Shown piece after piece: positions 40,081-48,067 of a DNA stretch of 64,000 bases (its first letter is position 1; each line of letters starts with the position of its first letter). The translations under genes were made by a program, and so were the position numbers. The notes beneath the pieces were generated by a model. That model ran no database searches. It was not told the DNA's origin and saw only the letters and a list, made by a program, of their open reading frames with translations. Where the stretch lies: contig JBFGYW010000002.1 in assembly GCA_041587235.1 (NCBI GenBank), forward strand, positions 793-64,792, read 5' to 3'. Source of the stretch: Vibrio sp. GTDB taxonomy: Bacteria; Pseudomonadota; Gammaproteobacteria; Enterobacterales; Vibrionaceae.

Positions 40081-40124
40081 TCAATGACTTGATGTCAATG
40101 GTTTGTTGATGTCAATACTTGATG
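40081..40124. repeat. three consecutive TCAAT-N(3-7)-TTGATG units
   Basis: tcaatgacttgatg, tcaatggtttgttgatg, tcaatacttgatg. Each unit is a short TCAA/TTGA inverted repeat. ttgatgtcaat occurs twice, 17 nt apart. Confidence 0.85.
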
Positions 40125-40321
40125 GTTCAGTCCAGCCCACACCAGGGGCATTTTCCATCGTCTTTCTCTACTTTGTTTATGCTTTCGGTGCCCTACGGGT
40201 TTTAAAAGCACGCCTATCACAGCCCAGTCACCTCATTCGACAAAGGAAGGTTTTTTTAACAAGAATTTAGCCGTCGACAATAGACTCGATCGTCATTTTC
40301 TACTAGGTTAGTCAATTCAAA

Positions 40322-40352
40322 TCGCGACCTTGAGGGTTGCGGGCTTTTATTT
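40322..40352 (+). terminator. terminator-like hairpin plus U-tract immediately upstream of rfbB
   Basis: tcgcgacc-ttgag-ggttgcgg forms an 8-bp stem including two G-U pairs, followed by gcttttattt. It ends about 15-25 nt before the rfbB start candidates. Confidence 0.4.
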
Positions 40353-40375
40353 ACCGTTATTGGACGATGTCATTC

Positions 40376-41461
40376 ATGGAACAACGCAATGTATTAGTAA
40401 CCGGTGGCGCCGGTTTTATCGGGGCAAACTTCGCCTTGTACTGGCTAGAACAACACAAGAACGACAAGGTCATCGTACTCGATGCGTTAACCTATGCAGG
40501 CAACCGCGCGAATCTGGCTTCGGTTGAACAAAACCCCAACTTTACGTTTGTACAAGGCGATATTTGCGACACCGCCTTAGTGGAATCTTTGATCAAACAG
40601 CACCAGCTCAACACCATAGTCCACTTTGCCGCAGAGTCGCACGTTGACCGCTCTATTACCGGCCCAGATGCCTTTATTGAGACCAACATTCTCGGCACTT
40701 ACAGTTTGCTCAAAGCGGCTAAGCAATGCTGGATTGACGAGCCCAAATCACAAGGCCAAGCGCCATTAGCACACCGTTTTCACCACGTTTCGACCGATGA
40801 AGTCTACGGCACATTAGAGCCCAATGACCCCGCCTTTACCGAAGAAACCGCCTATGCGCCAAATTCGCCTTACTCGGCATCAAAAGCGGCTTCGGATCAT
40901 CTAGTGCGCGCGTATCATCACACTTACGGCCTAGAAGTGACGACGTCGAACTGCTCAAACAACTACGGTCCTTACCACTTCCCAGAGAAGTTAATTCCGC
41001 TGATCATCACCAATATTTTGCACGACCAAGCCCTGCCGATTTACGGCGATGGCAAGCAAGTGCGCGATTGGTTGTATGTTGAAGATCACGCCCGAGGCAT
41101 CGAACTGGTGCTTGAGAAAGGCCGTTTGGGTGAGAATTACAACATTGGCGGCCACAACGAATGGCAAAACATCGATATTGTTAACTTAGTGTGTGAGTTG
41201 ATGGATGAAGCATTTGCCGCCGAACCGAGCCTAGCGCAAAAATACCCGCAAGGAAAAGCGGTCGCCGCCGGACAATCGAAATCGCTGATTACTTATGTGA
41301 CAGACCGAGCCGGCCACGACCGTCGTTACGCCATTGATGCCACCAAGACCAATAATGAGCTTGGCTATCAGCCTGCCGAGTCGTTCGAGACAGGCATTCG
41401 CAAAACCGTCAGTTGGTATCTGAGCAACGATGCCTGGTGGAAGCCGTTAATGGCGAAGTAA
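40376..41461 (+). CDS. rfbB: dTDP-glucose 4,6-dehydratase
   Basis: VLVTGGAGFIGANF, the YSASKAASD catalytic motif and RfbB-type sequence throughout. Start could be the ATG at 40367 or 40376. No rfbA, rfbC or rfbD lies nearby. Confidence 0.9.
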   Translation: MEQRNVLVTGGAGFIGANFALYWLEQHKNDKVIVLDALTYAGNRANLASVEQNPNFTFVQGDICDTALVESLIKQHQLNTIVHFAAESHVDRSITGPDAFIETNILGTYSLLKAAKQCWIDEPKSQGQAPLAHRFHHVSTDEVYGTLEPNDPAFTEETAYAPNSPYSASKAASDHLVRAYHHTYGLEVTTSNCSNNYGPYHFPEKLIPLIITNILHDQALPIYGDGKQVRDWLYVEDHARGIELVLEKGRLGENYNIGGHNEWQNIDIVNLVCELMDEAFAAEPSLAQKYPQGKAVAAGQSKSLITYVTDRAGHDRRYAIDATKTNNELGYQPAESFETGIRKTVSWYLSNDAWWKPLMAK

Positions 41462-41512
41462 TGGATATCGAGCTCTGGGCATAAGGCCTTATTGGGCTCG
41501 TTCTCCAACTCA

Positions 41513-41570
41513 ACAAAGGGGAAGTAAGGTCGGTTATAGACCCACAACCGCTCTCGCTTCCCCTTTTGTT
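41513..41570. terminator. possible bidirectional stem-loop between rfbB and the LysR-family gene
   Basis: caaaggggaag pairs with cttcccctt(t)tg across a long (about 32 nt) loop that contains an inner ggtc/gacc hairpin. Confidence 0.35.
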
Positions 41571-41595
41571 TGACCGGCGATTACCCGCGTTTCAT

Positions 41596-42531
41596 TTAAT
41601 CAAATTCTTGCATCGTTTTGGCCACCAGTTGTAAAGACTCGATAAAGCGACTGAGTGACGTGTGGTGTTTGGCGTTGGTCGAATAAGCCAAGCCATAAGG
41701 GTAGCGAATCTCTGGCTCGAACGGGCGCGTGGCCACTCGGCTGGTTTGCCAGGTTCGCGCGGCAAAAGGCTCTAACACGCCCACTGCTAAACCTTGTTCG
41801 ATCATCGCATAGGCGGTGTGCGAGGTGTCAATCCCAATATGCCGGCGTATTTTATCTTCAATCGGGTCTAGGACGTGGTTTAACGCCGACCAATAGTTGG
41901 GATCGGAGTTGATCACCGTCAGTACAGATTGGTCAACCAAGTCCTCAATGACCACGAGCTCTTTCGCCATCAAAGGGTGATCATCCCGGGCGGCAAACAC
42001 ATAGCGCGCTTGGCCCAATTCTTCTTGCACAATACCGGGCAACTGCGGCACGGGTAGCCCGACCGCAAGATCGATCGCGTGATTTTGCAGCTTGATCACC
42101 ATCTCAGAGACCGAATGCGTGAACACCGCAAAATGCTCATCGGGAAAATAGCGTCGATGCTCTTTAATTGCCAAAGGCACTAAAGAGGTGCCAATCGCAG
42201 AAGTACAGGCAATTTTTAGCTCACTGGGTGCCTGATGGCGAATTTTATCGGCCACGGCCGCCAGCTTTTCTAAACCGAGAAAACTCTCTTCTACCGATTT
42301 AAACCACTGGTTGGCTTCTGGGGTGGGGATCAGACGGTTGGCTGAGCGCTCAAACAACATAAAACCCAAAGAAACTTCTAAATCTTTGATTAATCGGCTT
42401 ACAGCGGGTTGCGTGATGTGCATTTCTGCTGCCGCCGCCGCGGTGGTACCACGTAACATGATGTAGCGAAACGCTTCGATTTGACGAAATTTCACGGTGA
42501 CTTTCCTTGTAATATCTTGATGTTCACTCAT
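41596..42531 (-). CDS. LysR-family transcriptional regulator
   Basis: HTH block FRQIEAFRYIMLRGTTAAAAAEMHITQPAVSRLIKDLE. Divergent from the ABC operon. Start trimmed to MSEHQD; this is uncertain. Confidence 0.85.
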   Translation of the reverse strand: MSEHQDITRKVTVKFRQIEAFRYIMLRGTTAAAAAEMHITQPAVSRLIKDLEVSLGFMLFERSANRLIPTPEANQWFKSVEESFLGLEKLAAVADKIRHQAPSELKIACTSAIGTSLVPLAIKEHRRYFPDEHFAVFTHSVSEMVIKLQNHAIDLAVGLPVPQLPGIVQEELGQARYVFAARDDHPLMAKELVVIEDLVDQSVLTVINSDPNYWSALNHVLDPIEDKIRRHIGIDTSHTAYAMIEQGLAVGVLEPFAARTWQTSRVATRPFEPEIRYPYGLAYSTNAKHHTSLSRFIESLQLVAKTMQEFD

Positions 42532-42746
42532 CCTTGGTCGCGCTTGTTTACCGCTCGACAAACACTCGACATGATAACATTTTGTTATTCTTAATGCGTT
42601 AATATGAGTGGATGTCATGCTAAAAAAAGCGATGATAGTAAAACAAATGTAACCTAAATCGGTTGTTAGCGGTGTCAGGACGACACTGAGTGTGAATAAG
42701 AAGCGGCATTTTGCACGCGATCTTCTTTTTCATCAAACATAAGGAC

Positions 42747-44582
42747 ATGACTGTGACGAAACAAGATACCCCATTACTAACGGTTGAAAACCTATCAGTA
42801 AAATTCGGTGCCTCTACGGTGGTCAACAACCTCAGCTTTTCGGTTGCGGCTGGCAAAACACTGGCGATCGTCGGTGAATCTGGCTCGGGAAAGTCGGTTT
42901 CCTCACAGTCGATTATGCGTTTAGCCGACATGTCAGGCGCCGAATATCAAAGCGGTCATATCTGGTTTGAACACGATGGCCAAAAGCAAGACTTACTCGC
43001 CCTGTCGCAACAACAGATGCGCTCGATTCGCGGCAATGACATTGCCATGATTTTTCAAGAGCCGATGACCTCGCTAAACCCTGTTTATACCTTGGGTGAT
43101 CAAATTGCTGAAATCATTCAGTTACATGAGAAAAAAAACAAAGCCGAGGCGCTCAAACAAGCACACCGCCTGTTAGAGATGGTACGTCTGCCCAATGCCG
43201 ATAGCATGTTAAAACGCTACCCTCATCAATTGTCTGGCGGCATGCGTCAGCGCGTGATGATCGCCATGGCCCTCGCCTGTCGCCCGAAACTGTTGATTGC
43301 CGATGAACCCACCACCGCCTTGGATGTCACGATTCAGGCGCAAATCCTCGCCATTATCTCAGATCTGCAAAAAGAACTCGGTATGGCGGTGATTTTCATT
43401 ACCCACGATATGGGCGTCGTGGCGGAAATTGCCGATGATGTCGTGGTGATGTGGCAAGGGGAAAAAGTTGAAGAAGGCGACGTTAAACAACTCTTTGCCA
43501 AGCCCCAACACCCTTACACCCAAACCTTGCTCAGCGCCGTGCCCAAACTCGGCTCAATGCAAGGTCAAGTGCACCCTAAACAGTCGCCGATGACGCAAAT
43601 GATCAACGGTGAAAAGCACATCATTGGTCAAGAATACATTCAAGACACCGCTCGCTACGATCAAGCGCCTTTGCTCAAAGTCGAAGATTTGGTGGTGCGC
43701 TTTGCGGTGAAAAAACACTGGCTAAAAGGCGTGACACATCAAGTTCACGCGGTTGAGCACGTCAATTTCACCGTTTATCCCGGCGAAACCCTGGCCTTGG
43801 TCGGTGAATCGGGCTCGGGTAAATCCACCATTGGCCGAACCATTCAGCAACTGCAGAGCCCGACCTCTGGGCAAGTGATTTTTAACGGCCAAGCCATTGA
43901 TCAATTAAGCGCGCGCGAACAGCACCGACTCAAACAAGACGTGCAATACATCTTCCAAGATCCGTTCGCCTCACTCGATCCGAGAAAAACCATTGGCTTT
44001 TCGATTGCCGAACCGATCAAAACCCATCAATTGGCAACCTCGAAAGCGGAGATTGATCAACGCGTTGCCCAATTGCTCAAACGCGTTGGCCTAAAACCCG
44101 AACACGCCCACCGCTACCCGCACGAGTTTTCCGGTGGCCAAAGACAAAGGGTGTGTATTGCCAGAGTGTTGGCCTGCAAACCTAAACTGATCATTGCCGA
44201 TGAGGCCCTGTCTGCGCTCGACGTGACGATTCGGGCACAAATCATCCACTTATTGATGGAAATTCAGCGCGAACAAGGCATCGCACTGCTGTTTATCAGT
44301 CACGACATGGCGGTGGTCGAAAAAATCAGTCACCGAATTGCCGTGCTCTACCTCGGGCAAATTGCCGAGTTAGGCACCCGACAACAGATCATGGAATCGC
44401 CTCAGCACCCCTATACGAAAAAGTTATTGCAAGCCGTGCCCGTCGCCGACCCCACTCGCGAGCGCCAACACGTTGCGATGACCGGCGAAATTCCAAGCCC
44501 GATCCGAGCGGTTGGACAAGAGCCTGACGCTTTGTGTTATCGAGAGATCTCGCAAGGGCATTGGGTCGCACAACCCGCTTAA
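42747..44582 (+). CDS. fused double ATP-binding-cassette protein of an Opp/Dpp-type importer
   Basis: Two Walker A sites (GESGSGKS twice), two LSGG signatures (LSGGMRQR, FSGGQRQR) and two Walker B sites (LLIADEPT, LIIADEAL). Confidence 0.9.
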   Translation: MTVTKQDTPLLTVENLSVKFGASTVVNNLSFSVAAGKTLAIVGESGSGKSVSSQSIMRLADMSGAEYQSGHIWFEHDGQKQDLLALSQQQMRSIRGNDIAMIFQEPMTSLNPVYTLGDQIAEIIQLHEKKNKAEALKQAHRLLEMVRLPNADSMLKRYPHQLSGGMRQRVMIAMALACRPKLLIADEPTTALDVTIQAQILAIISDLQKELGMAVIFITHDMGVVAEIADDVVVMWQGEKVEEGDVKQLFAKPQHPYTQTLLSAVPKLGSMQGQVHPKQSPMTQMINGEKHIIGQEYIQDTARYDQAPLLKVEDLVVRFAVKKHWLKGVTHQVHAVEHVNFTVYPGETLALVGESGSGKSTIGRTIQQLQSPTSGQVIFNGQAIDQLSAREQHRLKQDVQYIFQDPFASLDPRKTIGFSIAEPIKTHQLATSKAEIDQRVAQLLKRVGLKPEHAHRYPHEFSGGQRQRVCIARVLACKPKLIIADEALSALDVTIRAQIIHLLMEIQREQGIALLFISHDMAVVEKISHRIAVLYLGQIAELGTRQQIMESPQHPYTKKLLQAVPVADPTRERQHVAMTGEIPSPIRAVGQEPDALCYREISQGHWVAQPA

Positions 44583-44600
44583 CAAAACGATGTAGACGAG

Positions 44601-44667
44601 CAGACAAGGCATCGCTTAGTTTATGCCATGCCTTGTCTGTGACCGAAAGAGGCTAGGAGATAGCCTC
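44601..44667 (+). promoter_or_regulatory. two intercistronic stem-loops between the ATPase and binding-protein genes
   Basis: A 12-bp stem: cagacaaggcat (44601-44612) pairs with atgccttgtctg (44628-44639). A 7-bp stem: gaggcta (44649-44655) pairs with tagcctc (44661-44667). Confidence 0.6.
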
Positions 44668-44694
44668 ACCACCTCACAGTAAATGGAGTTTACG

Positions 44695-46227
44695 ATGAAC
44701 CCACGTTTTTCCCTTAGCAAACTTGCGGCGCCCCTTTTGATGGCCTCTTCTCTGGCGATGAGCATGCCAGCCCTCGCCAGCGGCACATTAAATGTCGCGA
44801 CCTCTCAAGATCCCGGCAGTTGGGACCCTATCGACACCTATTTGTTGGCTTGGTCAACCGTAGCCACCAATATCTTTGACGGCTTGACCTATCGCGATAC
44901 CGACTTGACGTTAAAACCGGCCCTCGCCACCCACTGGCAAGAGCTCGACAACGGGCGACGCATTCGCTTTACCTTGCGTCAAGGCGTCACATTCCAAAAT
45001 GGCGAACCCTTTAATGCCGAGGCGGTAAAATACACCTTTGATCGCTTACTGGGGGAGGAAGGTCGCAAAGGGCCGCAGCGGTCTAATTACTCTGCGATTG
45101 AAAACGTGACCATCGTCGATGACAACACGGTCGATTTTTACCTCAGCCAGCCCGACCCAGTGTTACTGACCAAATTATCGGGTTATGGCGCAATGATTGT
45201 TCCGCCAAAATACATTGAGGAAAAAGGCGAAGCGTATTTTAATAGCCACCCAATTGGCACCGGCGCTTTTCAAGTCACTCAATACGATCCCAAAGTCGGC
45301 GTAACCTTAACCGCCTTTGCGAAACACTGGCGCGGCGCCCCAAAACTCGACCACTTGCACTACCGCTTTATTGCCGAGCCAGCCACCGCTGTCGCCGAGC
45401 TGCAATCGGGCCGCGTTGATATGGTGGTGCCACCAATTATCCCGATTTCTATGGTCCCGACGATTGAAAAAGACGCCAAATTATCAATTGAGTCGGCCAC
45501 TAGCCCCAGCGTGTATGCGCTGCGCTTTAACACCAAAAACGGCATTACCGAAGATGTTCGCGTGCGCAAAGCCATTATTTACGGCGTTGATCGTCAGACC
45601 ATTATCGATGCCATCTTAGGTGGCCAAGCCCAGGCCATCACCAGTTTCCAAAGCAGCATTTCTTTTGGTAATGACCCAGAGTTAAAGCCGCTGCCTTACG
45701 ACCCAGCCAAAGCGAAAGCCTTGCTAAAAGAAGCGGGGGTGAAACCAGGGACGTCGATTCAAATCGATATTCGCGGCAACAATGCCACCTTTAATGAAGT
45801 CGCTCAAGCCATTGCGAGCTATCTGCAAATCATTGGTCTTAACGCCACTATCAAACCCTACGAGAGCAACATCATGCTCAATGACATCATTCCCAATGGC
45901 AAAACAGGCGCGATGTTCCAACAAGGTTGGGGCGGTTGGACGCTAGATTACGACAACACGGCTTACTTTATGTACCACAGCGGCGAAAAGTGGAACCCAT
46001 ATGACAGCGATGCCAAGCTCGATCGCCTACTCGAACAGCAGCGCTCTATGACGGATCAAACCGAGCGCGAAAAACTCTTAAAAACCATCGCGCGTTATAC
46101 CGTTGATCACGCTCTTGAGTTGCCGTTGTACAGTCTCAATGCCATTTACGGCGTGTCGAACAAGGTGAAAAACTTCACCCCAGCGGTCGATAACCGCTTG
46201 CTGTTCAATCAAGTCACTGTCGATTAA
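44695..46227 (+). CDS. family-5 (peptide/nickel/opine type) periplasmic substrate-binding protein
   Basis: Signal peptide (MPALASG) and SBP_bac_5-like sequence of about 510 aa. GGAG lies 8 nt upstream of the ATG at 44695. Confidence 0.85.
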   Translation: MNPRFSLSKLAAPLLMASSLAMSMPALASGTLNVATSQDPGSWDPIDTYLLAWSTVATNIFDGLTYRDTDLTLKPALATHWQELDNGRRIRFTLRQGVTFQNGEPFNAEAVKYTFDRLLGEEGRKGPQRSNYSAIENVTIVDDNTVDFYLSQPDPVLLTKLSGYGAMIVPPKYIEEKGEAYFNSHPIGTGAFQVTQYDPKVGVTLTAFAKHWRGAPKLDHLHYRFIAEPATAVAELQSGRVDMVVPPIIPISMVPTIEKDAKLSIESATSPSVYALRFNTKNGITEDVRVRKAIIYGVDRQTIIDAILGGQAQAITSFQSSISFGNDPELKPLPYDPAKAKALLKEAGVKPGTSIQIDIRGNNATFNEVAQAIASYLQIIGLNATIKPYESNIMLNDIIPNGKTGAMFQQGWGGWTLDYDNTAYFMYHSGEKWNPYDSDAKLDRLLEQQRSMTDQTEREKLLKTIARYTVDHALELPLYSLNAIYGVSNKVKNFTPAVDNRLLFNQVTVD

Positions 46228-46280
46228 AGATCGGATTAACGTAGTCCGCCTGGGATAACCCCAGGCGATAGGAGTTTGTC

Positions 46281-47207
46281 ATGATATCGTTTTTATTCAG
46301 CCGCCTGTTACAAGCGTTATTTGTCGTGGTGGCCGTGACCCTGATTGTCGCCTTCGCCATTCGCTTAACTGGCGATCCCGCCCTGATGCTGACCCAAGGG
46401 GCAGGCAGTGTCAGCGAAAGCGACCTTGCGCATATTCGAGAAGCACTGGGGGTCAACCGCCCGTTTCTCGAACAGTATTTCAGTTTCATTCAAGGCCTGT
46501 TTACCGGTGACCTTGGCAACAGCTTTATGGGTGGAACCCCGGTCTCACAATTGATTGGCCTCGCGCTTCCCGCCACCTTATGGCTGGCCTTTGCAGTGAT
46601 GCTCGTGTCGATTGTACTGTCCATTCCCCTTGGGATCCAAGCGGCGGTCAAGCGCAACACTTGGGTGGATCAATCGATTCGCGTCTTGTCTTTAATCGGC
46701 TTGTCGTTTCCCAACTTTTGGTTGGCATTGATGCTGGTGCTGTTTTTCTCCATCTACCTGCAGTGGCTACCGGCCAGTGGTATGAACGATTGGAAAAGCT
46801 ATGTGATGCCCGCGCTAACCATGGGGGTCATTTTAACCGCCACCAATGTGCGCTTGGTTAGAACGTCGATGTTAGAAACGCTTCAATCTCAATACATCAT
46901 GGTGGCCAGAGCCAAAGGATTAAGCGAGCGGACGGTGCTGTATAAACACGCTTTGCGCAACTGCTCTATCCCGTTAATTACCTACTTTGGTCTGCAATTT
47001 GGCGGCTTGCTGGGCGGCATCGTCATTATTGAGCGGGTATTTAATTGGCCAGGACTTGGCACCTTGGCGTTCGATGCGGTCGCCGGGCGCGATTATCCGG
47101 TGCTACAAGCCGTGATCACCTTGCTTTCTTTCGTCATTGTCGGGGTCAACTTATTGGTTGATATTGCCTATGGGCTGATTGACCCTCGAATTAGAACGGA
47201 GTCTTAA
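46281..47207 (+). CDS. ABC transporter permease (DppB/OppB-like)
   Basis: 308 aa, 6-TM, BPD_transp_1-type loop (ARAKGLSERTVLYKHALRN). Confidence 0.9.
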   Translation: MISFLFSRLLQALFVVVAVTLIVAFAIRLTGDPALMLTQGAGSVSESDLAHIREALGVNRPFLEQYFSFIQGLFTGDLGNSFMGGTPVSQLIGLALPATLWLAFAVMLVSIVLSIPLGIQAAVKRNTWVDQSIRVLSLIGLSFPNFWLALMLVLFFSIYLQWLPASGMNDWKSYVMPALTMGVILTATNVRLVRTSMLETLQSQYIMVARAKGLSERTVLYKHALRNCSIPLITYFGLQFGGLLGGIVIIERVFNWPGLGTLAFDAVAGRDYPVLQAVITLLSFVIVGVNLLVDIAYGLIDPRIRTES

Positions 47208-47209
47208 TT

Positions 47210-48067
47210 ATGTCAAATTCTCTTGTCAAACCACGGGATTTCTCTCGCTACCTCTGTTTGGAGTTTATCTTGGGCATCGCGCTGACCGGCAGTATGGTGT
47301 TGCTGGTCCTCACCTCCAACTGGGTGTTTGGCGACAGCGCCAACCAGATCAATTTGATGTCTCGCTTAGTCGAACCTTTTACGTCTGGATCGCATTGGTT
47401 TGGTACCGATCCCCTCGGTCGCGATATTCTCGCCCGTGTGATCAGTGGCGGTGCGGTATCGTTAAAGGTCGGTTTGTTTTCCGTGTTCGGCGCTGTAGTT
47501 CTCGGCGTAGCAATGGGCTTAGTGTCGGGGTATTTCGGCGGGTTTTGGGACAAATTTGTCATGCGCTTTGCCGACGTTCAATTGGCGCTGCCGTTCATTT
47601 TATTGGCGATTACCTTTATGGCCATTGTTGGCGGTGGCTTAACCAATATGATCCTATTGTTGATTTTATCTCAGTGGGTGCAGTATGCCCGCTTGGTGAG
47701 AGGTTCGGTATTGTCGTTGCGCGATCGAGAGTTCATCCAATCGGCAAAAGCGATTGGCGTCAGTCATCAAAACATTTTATTGCGTCATTTATTGCCCAAC
47801 CTACTTGGCCCAGTCATTGTGTTAATGACACTCAACATTGCCAACAACATCCTTTTAGAAAGCAGTTTGACCTTTCTTGGCCTGGGCGTTGATCCCCTCA
47901 CGCCAAGCTGGGGAGGCATGCTCGCCGATGGCCGTACCTATATTCAAACCGCTTGGTGGGTCACGTTGTTTCCCGGCTTGGCGATTTTGCTGACCGTGTT
48001 GGGCCTTAACCTATTGGGCGATTGGCTGCGCGACACGTTAGACCCAACCGGGAGAACCTCGCGATGA
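47210..48067 (+). CDS. ABC transporter permease (DppC/OppC-like)
   Basis: 285 aa, with a DppC-type N-terminus and loop (SAKAIGVSHQNILLRHLLPN). Confidence 0.9.
   Translation: MSNSLVKPRDFSRYLCLEFILGIALTGSMVLLVLTSNWVFGDSANQINLMSRLVEPFTSGSHWFGTDPLGRDILARVISGGAVSLKVGLFSVFGAVVLGVAMGLVSGYFGGFWDKFVMRFADVQLALPFILLAITFMAIVGGGLTNMILLLILSQWVQYARLVRGSVLSLRDREFIQSAKAIGVSHQNILLRHLLPNLLGPVIVLMTLNIANNILLESSLTFLGLGVDPLTPSWGGMLADGRTYIQTAWWVTLFPGLAILLTVLGLNLLGDWLRDTLDPTGRTSR

Noticed and set aside
47179-47892. 237-aa plus-strand ORF inside the second permease gene
   Set aside because: It is out of frame relative to a clear DppC-like permease. Its Arg/Trp/Cys-rich composition is typical of an alternative-frame artefact.
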